Notes: a model not told the origin generated them from the letters alone. Shown: positions 25,062-34,158, numbered from the stretch's first letter. The stretch: DNA of 64,000 bases from an uncultured Micrococcales bacterium (GCA_937952095.1 CALFYG010000089.1:1114-65113), one strand, 5' to 3'. Program-made: numbers and translations.

Positions 25062-26024
25062 TCACCCCTCCCACAACAGCCTGAGCAGCGCGGGTTCCCA
25101 GTCGCACAACTCGTCTCCGGCCGCTTCGGGAAGATCGGCGCCGTCCACGTATGCCTGCACCACGCGCGGGTCGACGTAGGAGGAGCGAGCCACCGCTGGT
25201 GTGTTGCCGAGATGGGAAGCGGCGGCCTCCATGGCCTGCTCGACCGCCCGTGCCTGCGACGCGGCGCCGCTGTGCGTCTTGCTGAGAGTGGCCAGCGCCT
25301 GGAGGCCGGCTTGCCAGGTCCGGAAGTCCTTGGCGGTTCCCTGCACCCCGATCTCCTCGAGGTAGTCGTTGATGTCCTGACTGGTCACGTCGTGCCAGCC
25401 GGATGCGTCGCGCCAGGCGAGTATCTCGATCCCGCCACCCCGCCTTCTCTGAAGATGGCGCACAGCTGCCAGCAGGCCGTCGTCGTGGAGTGCCACGTCA
25501 TGGTCGCGTGCCGACTTTCCGGGGAACCGAAGCCGGATGATGCCGCCACGGGTGCTGACGTGATCGCGGCGCAGAGTCGCGACCCCGAAGCTGTTCGCGT
25601 ACCCCTCTGAGCCGATCCGCAGACCGCCGAGGTCAAGGATGTGGAACGCCACAGCCAGCGCGCGCTCTCGCGGCATGCCGGGCAGCCTCAGGTGCCTCGC
25701 CGCTCGATCCCTCCCCAGCGGGAGGCTGCGTCCGAACTCCAGCACCCGGTCGAACTTCTCCCGATCGCGTTGCTCGCGCCATCCAGGGTGGTACAGGTAC
25801 TGACGGCGCCCGGCCTCGTCGGTCCCGAGGGCCTGGATGTGGCCGTTGTCCCACGGGCAGATCCACACGTCGGTCCAGGCCGGCGGTATCGCCAGGTCCT
25901 TGCAGCGCTGCACGTCGATGTCGGGCAGGCGATTGCGCTCGACATCCAGATACGAGAAGCCCCGGCCGCGCCTGACCCTTGTCCACCCTGCGGTGGTCGG
26001 ATCCGAGCGACGCAGCCGGGGCAT
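25062..26024 (-). CDS. type IB DNA topoisomerase (poxvirus-like bacterial TopIB)
   Basis: GRGFSY..IPPAWTDVWICP..GHIQALGTDEAGRRQYLYHPGWREQRD..KF...RFPGKSARDHDV...TAKDFRTW...LGNTPAVARSSYVDP (catalytic Tyr context). ATG 26024 chosen as start. Confidence 0.88.
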   Translation of the reverse strand: MPRLRRSDPTTAGWTRVRRGRGFSYLDVERNRLPDIDVQRCKDLAIPPAWTDVWICPWDNGHIQALGTDEAGRRQYLYHPGWREQRDREKFDRVLEFGRSLPLGRDRAARHLRLPGMPRERALAVAFHILDLGGLRIGSEGYANSFGVATLRRDHVSTRGGIIRLRFPGKSARDHDVALHDDGLLAAVRHLQRRRGGGIEILAWRDASGWHDVTSQDINDYLEEIGVQGTAKDFRTWQAGLQALATLSKTHSGAASQARAVEQAMEAAASHLGNTPAVARSSYVDPRVVQAYVDGADLPEAAGDELCDWEPALLRLLWEG

Positions 26025-26035
26025 CCTGCGGAGTC

Positions 26036-26476
26036 TTACTGCGGTAGATCGACCTCGGTCGGCAGATCGTCGCGCCAGTCCTGCAACTGTTGCTCCACGC
26101 GATCCAGCGCTCGCTCGTCGTTGAGGAAGTACGTGACGCCGAGCGCCATCGCACCCCCCAGCAGCGCAGCGATGATGCTGAGGACCAGCCCACCGATCGC
26201 CGTGCCTCGCCCGGTCACCTGGATCCGGTCGGCATTGCGGATCCCGACGATTCCGAGGACGATGCCGATGAGGCTCAGCACCAGCCCGAGGGGGACAAGG
26301 ACCACCGTGAGCACGCTGAGCAGCGCGGAGAGGCCGAAGACGACCGCGAAGACCGCAGCTGCTGAGGTCTTGGCCGGGGTCGTCATCCGGGTCTGGACGT
26401 CGGGTCCGGACGAGTAGGTGGTCGGCTGACCGGCCGGTTGCCCGGTGGCCCGGCGGGACTGTGGATCGTACGACAT
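26036..26476 (-). CDS. DUF4190-like small membrane protein
   Basis: Pro/Gln-rich N-terminus followed by two long hydrophobic helices (AVFAVVFGLSALLSVLTVVLVPLGLVLSLIGIVLGIVG...). 11 nt upstream of topIB. Confidence 0.6.
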   Translation of the reverse strand: MSYDPQSRRATGQPAGQPTTYSSGPDVQTRMTTPAKTSAAAVFAVVFGLSALLSVLTVVLVPLGLVLSLIGIVLGIVGIRNADRIQVTGRGTAIGGLVLSIIAALLGGAMALGVTYFLNDERALDRVEQQLQDWRDDLPTEVDLPQ

Positions 26477-26520
26477 GTTCTGTGCCCTTCCTGTGGCGTG
26501 TCGTTCGCTGTCGTCGCCGA

Positions 26521-26546
26521 GTACCCGCCGATGCGGCGTCCATCCG
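26521..26546 (-). promoter_or_regulatory. candidate SigB/F-like promoter of the membrane protein-TopIB operon
   Basis: Minus strand reads CGGAT-N15-GGGTAC, 44 nt upstream of ATG 26476. Confidence 0.35.
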
Positions 26547-26559
26547 CAGGGCGGGACTT

Positions 26560-26585
26560 GGTATGGACCCTCCCGCACCGGGCAG
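26560..26585 (+). promoter_or_regulatory. weaker SigB/F-like promoter variant of the hemerythrin gene
   Basis: GGTAT-N15-GGGCAG, 36 nt upstream of GTG 26622. Confidence 0.2.
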
Positions 26586-26621
26586 GTGGTGGTGACCGAT
26601 CCGAAGCCTTCAGGAGGACAC

Positions 26622-27191
26622 GTGACCGTGACGGGAAATGGCCAGGACGTCCTGGACCTACTCATTCAGGAACACCGCGACGTCGAGCAGATGCTCGAGC
26701 AGTTGAGCATGCAGGACGGGCAGGAGCAGGACCCGCGGGACGTCGCCGATCTGGTGATCGCCAGCCTCGTGCGGCACTCCGTGGCAGAGGAGATGTACGT
26801 CTACCCGGCCATGCGTGAGTACCTCGAGGACGGTGACGCGGCAGTCGAGCACGACATCGCCGAACACCAGGAGATCGAGGAGTGCCTCAAGGATCTCGAG
26901 GGGCTCGAGCCGGCCGACGGCCGCTTCACGGAGGTGGTCGCCCGGTTGCAGGAGCTCATCGCCGATCACGTCAGTGACGAGGAGGACGAGCAGTTCCCGC
27001 GTCTGCGCGAGGTCGTTCCCGAGCAGCGGCTCATCGACCTTCGCGAGAAGGTGGAGGCTGCCGAGAAGGTGGCGCCGACCCGGCCGCACCCGAACACCCC
27101 GCACAGTGAGCTCTTCCACAAGGTGGTCGGTCCCGGGGTGGGGATGGTTGATCGTCTGCGGGATGCCATCTCGGGGCGGATCACCCCCTGA
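26622..27191 (+). CDS. hemerythrin HHE cation-binding domain protein
   Basis: AGGAGGA SD then GTG. DVLDLLIQEHRDVEQMLEQL...LVRHSVAEEMYVYPAMRE...EHDIAEHQEIEECL...DHVSDEEDEQFPRL. Confidence 0.8.
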   Translation: MTVTGNGQDVLDLLIQEHRDVEQMLEQLSMQDGQEQDPRDVADLVIASLVRHSVAEEMYVYPAMREYLEDGDAAVEHDIAEHQEIEECLKDLEGLEPADGRFTEVVARLQELIADHVSDEEDEQFPRLREVVPEQRLIDLREKVEAAEKVAPTRPHPNTPHSELFHKVVGPGVGMVDRLRDAISGRITP

Positions 27192-27238
27192 ACGAATCCT
27201 TCGCGGTCCCCGTCGGCTACCTGCTGGCGGGGATCGCG

Positions 27239-28444
27239 TTGTTGCTGGCGGCGATCCTGCCAAGGATCCTGAGCCGGCTGCCCCTTTCTCCGGCGATCGT
27301 CTTCGTGGCGGCCGGTGCCCTTGCGGCGCTCGTTCCGGTGGGGGGTCGTGTGGACCCGATGGCGCATCTCGGGCTGATCGAGCACGTCACCGAACTGGTG
27401 GTGATCATCGCGCTGATGGGAGTGGGGTTGGCACTGGACCGACCACTGTCCCTGCGCGGGTGGGCGCCCACCTGGCGTCTGTTGGCGATCGGGATGCCGG
27501 CCTTCATCGCCATCGCGGCCGGTCTGGCGTGGGCTGTCCTGGGTGTGTCGGTGGCCGCTGCGGTGCTCCTGGCGGCCGTGCTCGCGCCCACCGATCCCGT
27601 GCTCGCCTCGGAGGTGCAGGTGGGAGAACCGACCGACGACCCGGGCAGTGAGGACGTCGTCCGGTTCTCCCTGAGTTCGGAGGCCGGACTCAACGACGGG
27701 CTCGCGTTCCCGTTCGTGCACGCCGCGATTCTGCTTGTGGCGTTCGGGGGCTGGGAGTGGGTCGGCGGATGGGTCGCGTGGGAGCTCATCGGCAAAGTGG
27801 CGATCGGCGTGGGGTGCGGCTGGATAGTCGGCATGCTGCTCGCCCGGCTGGCGTTCCGGGCACCTGCGCGTTCCCTGCGATTCGCGGAGACCGCAGAGGC
27901 GATCGTCGCCCTGAGTGCGGTCTTCGTGTCGTACGGCCTCGCGGAGGCTGTGGGAGGGTACGGCTTCCTGGCGGTGTTCTGCACGGCGATCGCGTTGCGG
28001 GCCTTCGAGCGTGGTCACGAGTACCACCGGGTGCTGCATGAGTTCGTCGGCCAGCTCGAGCGACTACTCACACTGGCCCTCCTGCTCGTGTTCGGCTACG
28101 CATTGATGCGTGGGATCTTGGGGGGCCTCACATGGTCCGCGGTGCTCTGGGGTCTGTGCGCAGTGCTGCTGGTCCGTCCGGTCACCGCGTGGTTGTCCCT
28201 GCGTCGCCTGGACCTGCATACGGCCGACCGACGCAGCATCGCGTTCTTCGGCGTGCGCGGGATCGGCTCCTTCTACTACCTGGCCTTCGCGTTGAACACG
28301 GCGCGATTCCCCGAGGCCGACGTGCTGTGGGCGACGGTGTCGTTCGTGGTCCTCGCGTCCGTCGTGATCCACGGTGTCTCGGCGGCCCCCGTGCTGCGGG
28401 CCCTCGACCGACGCTTCGGCAGGCGTACGCCGGATCCGGCCTGA
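27239..28444 (+). CDS. cation:proton antiporter (Na+/H+ exchanger family, NhaP-like)
   Basis: Polytopic membrane ORF with LAPTDPVLASEV...SSEAGLNDGLAFPFV. The TTG start is uncertain; the hydrophobic sequence continues upstream without a canonical start codon. Confidence 0.8.
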   Translation: MLLAAILPRILSRLPLSPAIVFVAAGALAALVPVGGRVDPMAHLGLIEHVTELVVIIALMGVGLALDRPLSLRGWAPTWRLLAIGMPAFIAIAAGLAWAVLGVSVAAAVLLAAVLAPTDPVLASEVQVGEPTDDPGSEDVVRFSLSSEAGLNDGLAFPFVHAAILLVAFGGWEWVGGWVAWELIGKVAIGVGCGWIVGMLLARLAFRAPARSLRFAETAEAIVALSAVFVSYGLAEAVGGYGFLAVFCTAIALRAFERGHEYHRVLHEFVGQLERLLTLALLLVFGYALMRGILGGLTWSAVLWGLCAVLLVRPVTAWLSLRRLDLHTADRRSIAFFGVRGIGSFYYLAFALNTARFPEADVLWATVSFVVLASVVIHGVSAAPVLRALDRRFGRRTPDPA

Positions 28445-28457
28445 CTTCTGCCACAGT

Positions 28458-29633
28458 GTGCCTGTGGATCCGCTCGAGTCGCTCTTCTGGGTCATCCTCG
28501 TGGCCGCGCTGGCGCCGGTCGTCGCGCGGGTGCTCCCCGGCAAACTTCCGGGGGTCGTGTTCATGCTCATCGGCGGAGTGCTGATCGGCCCGGAGGTCCT
28601 GGCCAACGCTGACCCCGATGACATGTCGTTGTTGTCCACGATCGGGTTGTCTTTCCTTTTCCTGCTGGCCGGGTACGAGCTCGAGCCGACGCTGATGCGG
28701 CAGACGCCGGGCAGGATCGCGATCCGTTCGTGGTTCGTCAGTGCCGCGTTGTCCGTCGCGGTGACGGCGGTGCTCTACGAGGCGGGTGTCATCACAGACT
28801 TCGTGGCGATCGCCATCGGACTGACGACGACCGCCCTGGGTACCCTGCTTCCCATCGTGCGTGACGCGGGGATGCTGGACGGACCGCTGGGCCCCTACAT
28901 CTTCGCCGCCGGCGCGGTGGGGGAGTTCCTTCCGATCGTGGCCATGGCCCTGCTGCTCACCTCGTCCGGGCCCATCGCGGGGGTGTTCGCGCTGGTCGGG
29001 ATGGCCGGTGCGACTCTGCTGGCGCTGCTGCTGATCCGATGGGTGAAGCGTAAGGGCTGGAGTGAGCGTCTGCGGCTGCCCGAGGAGTCGACGGGCCAGA
29101 CCACTCTGCGCTGGACGCTGGTCCTGCTCGCGGCGTTGGTTCTGGTCGCCGACGACTTCGGCCTCGATGTCGTGCTCGGAGCCTTCCTCGCCGGCGTGGT
29201 GCTGCGGCAGTGGTCGCCGGTCTCGGCCGAATCGCTGGAGCGCAAGCTCGAGGCCGTCGGATACGGCGTCTTCATCCCGATCTTCTTCGTGACCTCCGGC
29301 ATGCGGCTCGACGTCATCTCGATCATGGAGAACCCTGGGCGCCTGTTGCTCTTCTTCGTGTTGCTGTTCGTCGTGCGCGGACTGCCCCAGTTGGTCATGT
29401 ACCGCGGGCACCTGGATCGTGTTCAGCGGTGGCAGATGGTGTTCCTGACGGCCACGGCCCTGCCGTTGCTGGTGGCACTGGCCGACGTGGGCACCGCGTC
29501 CGGTCTCATGCTTCCGGAGAATGCAGCGGCGCTCGTCGGGGCAGGAGCCCTGTCGGTCCTGGTGTTCCCACTGGTGGCCACGACGATGAGGGCGGCCCCG
29601 GCCGGCGAATCCGTCGAGACGGCCACCGGCTGA
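28458..29633 (+). CDS. cation:proton antiporter (Kef/CPA2-like)
   Basis: LPGVVFMLIGGVLIGPEVL...LSTIGLSFLFLLAGYELEP. About 11-12 TM helices. GTG 28458 chosen as start. Confidence 0.78.
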   Translation: MPVDPLESLFWVILVAALAPVVARVLPGKLPGVVFMLIGGVLIGPEVLANADPDDMSLLSTIGLSFLFLLAGYELEPTLMRQTPGRIAIRSWFVSAALSVAVTAVLYEAGVITDFVAIAIGLTTTALGTLLPIVRDAGMLDGPLGPYIFAAGAVGEFLPIVAMALLLTSSGPIAGVFALVGMAGATLLALLLIRWVKRKGWSERLRLPEESTGQTTLRWTLVLLAALVLVADDFGLDVVLGAFLAGVVLRQWSPVSAESLERKLEAVGYGVFIPIFFVTSGMRLDVISIMENPGRLLLFFVLLFVVRGLPQLVMYRGHLDRVQRWQMVFLTATALPLLVALADVGTASGLMLPENAAALVGAGALSVLVFPLVATTMRAAPAGESVETATG

Positions 29634-29657
29634 GGCGAGCCTTCGTAGTCTGGGGCA

Positions 29658-31895
29658 ATGCAGACACGGGGGCGCGCGACCCCAGAGGTCCAGGCGACGC
29701 AGACGGCCCTGGACCGCCTCGGCACCGCTCTGAGTGTCGGATTGTTCGTGGTGGCGGGGTTGAGTTTCCTTGTGCCGTACGCAGGTCAGGGGCTTGCTCT
29801 GCGGACGGCGTCCTTCGCGGTGTGTGTGGCGGGGGCCATCGGGATGTGGCGGGTCAGGAGCGCGGACCGTCCCTTCGAGCCGGCTCTCAACCTGCTGATT
29901 CCTCCGCTGGTGGTGGTCGCGTTGGCGGCGGTGCAGATCATCGCCGGTGCCGCCTCCTGGTGGCTTCCCCTGGAGATCGCTGCTCTCGGCGCGGTGATGG
30001 CGACCGCCGCGATGCACAGGATTCCTGCCTCGACCGCATTAGCCGCCGTCACGATCGTGGTGTCCGTCGCACCGGGCCTGTTGCTCGCCCCGATGGGAAC
30101 GACCGACGAGGGGCTCGTGTTCTACCGGCTCGAACAACTCGTGATCGCCTATGTGATCACAGCCGTCGGGGCCGCTGTTCTGTTGAGAGTTCAAAGCACA
30201 GCGGGTAACGATCGCGAAGTCTCCCGTCGGGAACTCATGGCGCGCGCCGATGGGCAGACGCAGGCAGTGGCGCGGATGTCGGTGAGACGAGTCCTGCACG
30301 ACACGGTCTTGAACACACTGGAAACGGTCGCAAATGGGGTCCCGGAGGAGCAGTGGCCCCAGCTGCGTCGCAGGTGCACGGCGGATCTGCGGACACTGGA
30401 GAGCATCCCCGATGTCGCAGCGGCTCGTGAGTTGGCGGACCTGGTGAGCGAGTTGCACCACGTGGGGGTCGCCATAGACGCCGATGTCAAGTGGCTCGGC
30501 GACCCGCCCCCTCTTGTCAAGGAAGCCGTCTTGGCCGCCACGGCCGAGGCGATTCGCAATGCCGCCCGGCACTCGGGAACCGATCGGGTGCTGGTGCGTG
30601 GCCGGGTCACCGTCGACGCGGTGTTCGTCGAAGTCGTGGATTCCGGCGTGGGCCTGGCGGGGACGTCCTCAGACCGGCTCGGCGTGCGCACGTCGATCGT
30701 GGCCTCGATGGACGCCGTCTCCGGGCACGCCTTCGTCGACAGCCAGCCGGGGGTCGGGACCCGGATCAGTCTCGTCTGGGACGCCGACAAGGCACGTGTG
30801 GCCAGTGCACTGTCAGGCATGAGACTGCGCCTGCAGCGGGTGTTCGCCATGGCCGCCACGGTGTCCCTGGCCGCCTTCACCATCTCGGCACTCGTCGATC
30901 CCGGCCTGCAATGGCCTCTTTGGAGGCTGTGTGTGATCGGGGTCGCGGGAACCACGATCCTCGTGCTCCTGCGTTCGGCGATGCGTGGAAACCTGGGCCG
31001 CGGCGGCCTGATGCTTGCGCTGGCCGGGCTGGCCCTTGTCGTCGTCCTGCTGCCTCTGTCCGATCCTCGGTGCGCTTCCTTGCAGAGTTCGTACCCGTTC
31101 GATCTACGCGCGGTCCTGATGGCGGCGATCGCCTTGTCAGTGATCACATGGCGGGGGTTGGCCGCCTCCGTGGTGGTGCTCCTGCTGGCGTCGGGTATGG
31201 CCAACCTCTTGTGGATCAACATCGGATCCACGTGTGGATGGACCTATTTGCTCATCTCGTGTGTTGCGGCCTCCATCGGGATTGCGGCGTTCTGGTTCGC
31301 ACGGACCATGGACGAACAGGGCAGGTCTCTGGCCAGGCAGGTGCTCGGGCACGAGCAGGCGATGTTTGCCGATGCACAGCGTGAGGCCCGGACCAGGGAG
31401 TTGTCGTCCTGGAAGGGGATCGAAGTCGCCGAGGCGGCCGCAGTCCTGGAGCGGATCGCGTCGGGCGAGCCGGATTCCCCGAGCCTGCGTCGCAGGGCGC
31501 GTACGGTTGCCCAGCAGGTCCGGCAATGGTTGCTCCTGCTGGGCACCTCGGGCCCGGTCCCCATCGTGCTCGCAGACCTGCTGCAGCACTTCCCGTGGTC
31601 ACCGGCACTGCATCTTGAGGGTGATCCGCGCGCGGTGGACGATGACAGCCTCGGCGCGCAACAAGCAGCGCAGCGCCTGGCCGACTGGATTCCCCAGGTT
31701 CCAGGCGCCGCTGTCAGGGTCACCGTCAGTCGCACCGGGGATACCGCCAGTGTGCTGGTGCACAGCGATCGGCCGGGAGCCTGTGAGGATCCGGAGGAGT
31801 GGAGTGATGAGGACGGGTGGTGGCTGCACCTGACCTGGGAGCCGGCCCCGCGCCAGGCTCAGGCACTTGGCGTCGAACCCCGGCCTCGAGTGTGA
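29658..31895 (+). CDS. atypical sensor histidine kinase with two TM bundles and a degenerate second kinase-like module
   Basis: TM block (aa 20-190). H-box RRVLHDTVLNTLETV and ATPase EAIRNAARHSGTDRV...VEVVDSGVGL...QPGVGTRISLVW. Second TM block (aa ~395-555). The C-terminal module lacks an obvious His box. Confidence 0.72.
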   Translation: MQTRGRATPEVQATQTALDRLGTALSVGLFVVAGLSFLVPYAGQGLALRTASFAVCVAGAIGMWRVRSADRPFEPALNLLIPPLVVVALAAVQIIAGAASWWLPLEIAALGAVMATAAMHRIPASTALAAVTIVVSVAPGLLLAPMGTTDEGLVFYRLEQLVIAYVITAVGAAVLLRVQSTAGNDREVSRRELMARADGQTQAVARMSVRRVLHDTVLNTLETVANGVPEEQWPQLRRRCTADLRTLESIPDVAAARELADLVSELHHVGVAIDADVKWLGDPPPLVKEAVLAATAEAIRNAARHSGTDRVLVRGRVTVDAVFVEVVDSGVGLAGTSSDRLGVRTSIVASMDAVSGHAFVDSQPGVGTRISLVWDADKARVASALSGMRLRLQRVFAMAATVSLAAFTISALVDPGLQWPLWRLCVIGVAGTTILVLLRSAMRGNLGRGGLMLALAGLALVVVLLPLSDPRCASLQSSYPFDLRAVLMAAIALSVITWRGLAASVVVLLLASGMANLLWINIGSTCGWTYLLISCVAASIGIAAFWFARTMDEQGRSLARQVLGHEQAMFADAQREARTRELSSWKGIEVAEAAAVLERIASGEPDSPSLRRRARTVAQQVRQWLLLLGTSGPVPIVLADLLQHFPWSPALHLEGDPRAVDDDSLGAQQAAQRLADWIPQVPGAAVRVTVSRTGDTASVLVHSDRPGACEDPEEWSDEDGWWLHLTWEPAPRQAQALGVEPRPRV

Positions 31896-32113
31896 GCCCG
31901 TGCGGACGTGACCCCCGGCCGACAGGCCCCGGTGTGGCTGCCGCCGTCGAGTGCTGCGAACGGGCCAGGTTTCGGGGTGGGGAGTTGACCTGTTCGTGAC
32001 GCTCGCCGTCCGACAATCCAGCGCGGCCGAATTTGTTGTCCACAACCCCGGTTTGGTACTGGTGTTCGTCGTACACCCGTGCGATATTGGAGGTACGGAA
32101 GCGGGGTGACGAT

Positions 32114-33337
32114 ATGGCGGTGTTCGAGGTCTCACGAAGAGTCCAGCGCCGCATCAGTCTGGCCGCCGACCTACCGTCCGAACACCCCCCAGTCCTTGAT
32201 GAGATCAACGCGCTGGTCGATGAGTTGCCCGACCCGCAGCTGATGCACGCCGAATCCCGGGCCGGGACGTTGGCGGCGGTGGCCCGGCTCCGCAACCGTC
32301 TGGAGGCCTACCTGACCGAAACCGCCGGTGCCGCGGACGAGCACCACGACTCCCGGGTGTTGGGTGCTGGCACGACGGGGACGATGGTCGCGGTCGCCAC
32401 GGGGCAGAATCCGGCGGTCGGGTCGGCCACCGTGGCCCGCGGCAACGCCCTGCAACATTTGCCGGCAGTCAGTGCCGCGTTCCGCGACGGCAGCATCTCT
32501 GGTGCCCATGTGGCGGTGATCACCACTGAGGCGCCGCGGATCACCAGGTTCCACCTCATCGAATCCCAGGTGGTCACCATCGCGCAGACCGTGGAACCGG
32601 CCGAACTACGCCGGCTGCTGACGTTGTTGGTGGAGCAGTGCCGTCCCGAAGCCCGCGACGACACCGCCGAACACCTCCACGCAAAACGCGGGATCTCGCT
32701 GTCGGAGACCGCCAACGGCATGTTCCGCCTCGACGGCTACCTGGACCCGATCGCCGGGGCCGCGCTACGCGACGCCCTGGCCACCCTGATGGGCCGCACC
32801 GGACGAGACGACCGGCGCACCCCGTTGCAGCGCCGCGCCGACGCGCTCACCGACCTGACCACCGCCGGCACGGCCAACACCAACCCGCTGGGCGTCTCCC
32901 AGGTGTCCGTCATGGTGGACCTGGAAGACCTCTCATCCGACGGCGCAGTGTTGGATGACGACTCCGCGCTCGGCACCCGGATGCTCGACCTGATCACCTG
33001 CACCGCCATCATCTCGATCATCCTGGGCACCCGCCGCGACAAAACCTTCGTCCCCCTAGCCCTCGCCCGGGGCAAACGCACCGCGAACCACGACCAATGG
33101 CGCGCCCTGACCGCACGAGACCGTGGCTGCATCCGCTGCGGCAAAACCCCCCGATACTGCCAAGCCCACCACATCCACCACTGGCGCCACGGCGGCACAA
33201 CAGACCTCAACAACCTCGTCCTGCTGTGCTCAAGATGCCACCACGACCTCCACCACGGCCACTACACCATCACCATGACCCACGGCATCCCCCACATCAC
33301 CACCACCGGCACCCGCGCACCACCCCAAACCGGCTAG
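32114..33337 (+). CDS. DUF222 + HNH endonuclease protein (REP13E12-type)
   Basis: ...RLRNRLEAYLTE...LQHLPAVSAAFRDGSISGAHVAVI.. plus C-terminal CIRCGKTPRYCQAHHIHHWRHGGTTDLNNLVLLCSRCHHDLHHG. Confidence 0.85.
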   Translation: MAVFEVSRRVQRRISLAADLPSEHPPVLDEINALVDELPDPQLMHAESRAGTLAAVARLRNRLEAYLTETAGAADEHHDSRVLGAGTTGTMVAVATGQNPAVGSATVARGNALQHLPAVSAAFRDGSISGAHVAVITTEAPRITRFHLIESQVVTIAQTVEPAELRRLLTLLVEQCRPEARDDTAEHLHAKRGISLSETANGMFRLDGYLDPIAGAALRDALATLMGRTGRDDRRTPLQRRADALTDLTTAGTANTNPLGVSQVSVMVDLEDLSSDGAVLDDDSALGTRMLDLITCTAIISIILGTRRDKTFVPLALARGKRTANHDQWRALTARDRGCIRCGKTPRYCQAHHIHHWRHGGTTDLNNLVLLCSRCHHDLHHGHYTITMTHGIPHITTTGTRAPPQTG

Positions 33338-33507
33338 AAAGAGGGTCGGGCAACTGGTCACCTGGTCCCGAAGGTCCAGGGCAACAACCGGAGAGATCGG
33401 TGGTGTTTGCGCGGGTCTAGGCAAAGACTCGTCGCGCGGGGAGTTCCTCAGGACCGCGATAACGGGCACGGGCGACGACGGCCAGCGTGACCGTCAGCCG
33501 TTCGCGC

Positions 33508-34158
33508 CTACTCGTCTCCTTCGAGCAGTCCGTCTTCACGAGCCGCGGCTTGCAGCTCGGCCTTCGTGCGCGCAGGGCGCCCGGTGGCGCGGTATTTCGC
33601 GCGCACCCGGTCGAGGTACTCCTTCGCGGTGTGCTGACTGACCCCCATCCGGCGCGCCACGGCTTTCAGCGTGAGTCCCTGCGCGTACAGCTGAAGGGCC
33701 CGCAGTTCCTGGCCGCTCAGCTCGGGCAGGCCCGGGCTGTACATGACCTCGGCGATCTCCCGGGTCAGGATGAAGTTGCCACCGGCGACCTCCCGCAGAA
33801 GGTTCAGGAGGTCGTCGGGTCCGGACGCCTTGGACACGTAGCCGCCGGCGCCGGCCAACAGGGCCTCCCGCAGCGCGGTGCCCCGCACGACCGCGCTCAC
33901 GAGCAGGACCGGAATACCCCGGGTCCCGAAGGCCTCCACCGTGTCCGCCGCGCGCGGGCCACCAGGGCCGAGGTCGATGTCGAGCAGGACCACGTCGAGC
34001 TCGCCGGCTCGGGCCAGTGCCTCGGCAGGGTCACCCCCCAGGTAGGTGACCCGCACGGTGGGTGCGTTGTCCCCCAACCACGCCCGCAACCCCTCGGCGA
34101 ACATCAGGTGATCATCGATGATCGCTACGCGCAGGGGCTCCCCGTTCACGCGAACCAT
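33508..34158 (-). CDS. NarL/LuxR-family response regulator
   Basis: LRVAIIDDHLMFAEGLR...DVVLLDIDLG (receiver domain) plus LSGQELRALQLYAQGLTLKAVARRMGVSQHTAKEYLDRV (LuxR HTH). ATG 34158 chosen as start. Confidence 0.88.
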   Translation of the reverse strand: MVRVNGEPLRVAIIDDHLMFAEGLRAWLGDNAPTVRVTYLGGDPAEALARAGELDVVLLDIDLGPGGPRAADTVEAFGTRGIPVLLVSAVVRGTALREALLAGAGGYVSKASGPDDLLNLLREVAGGNFILTREIAEVMYSPGLPELSGQELRALQLYAQGLTLKAVARRMGVSQHTAKEYLDRVRAKYRATGRPARTKAELQAAAREDGLLEGDE

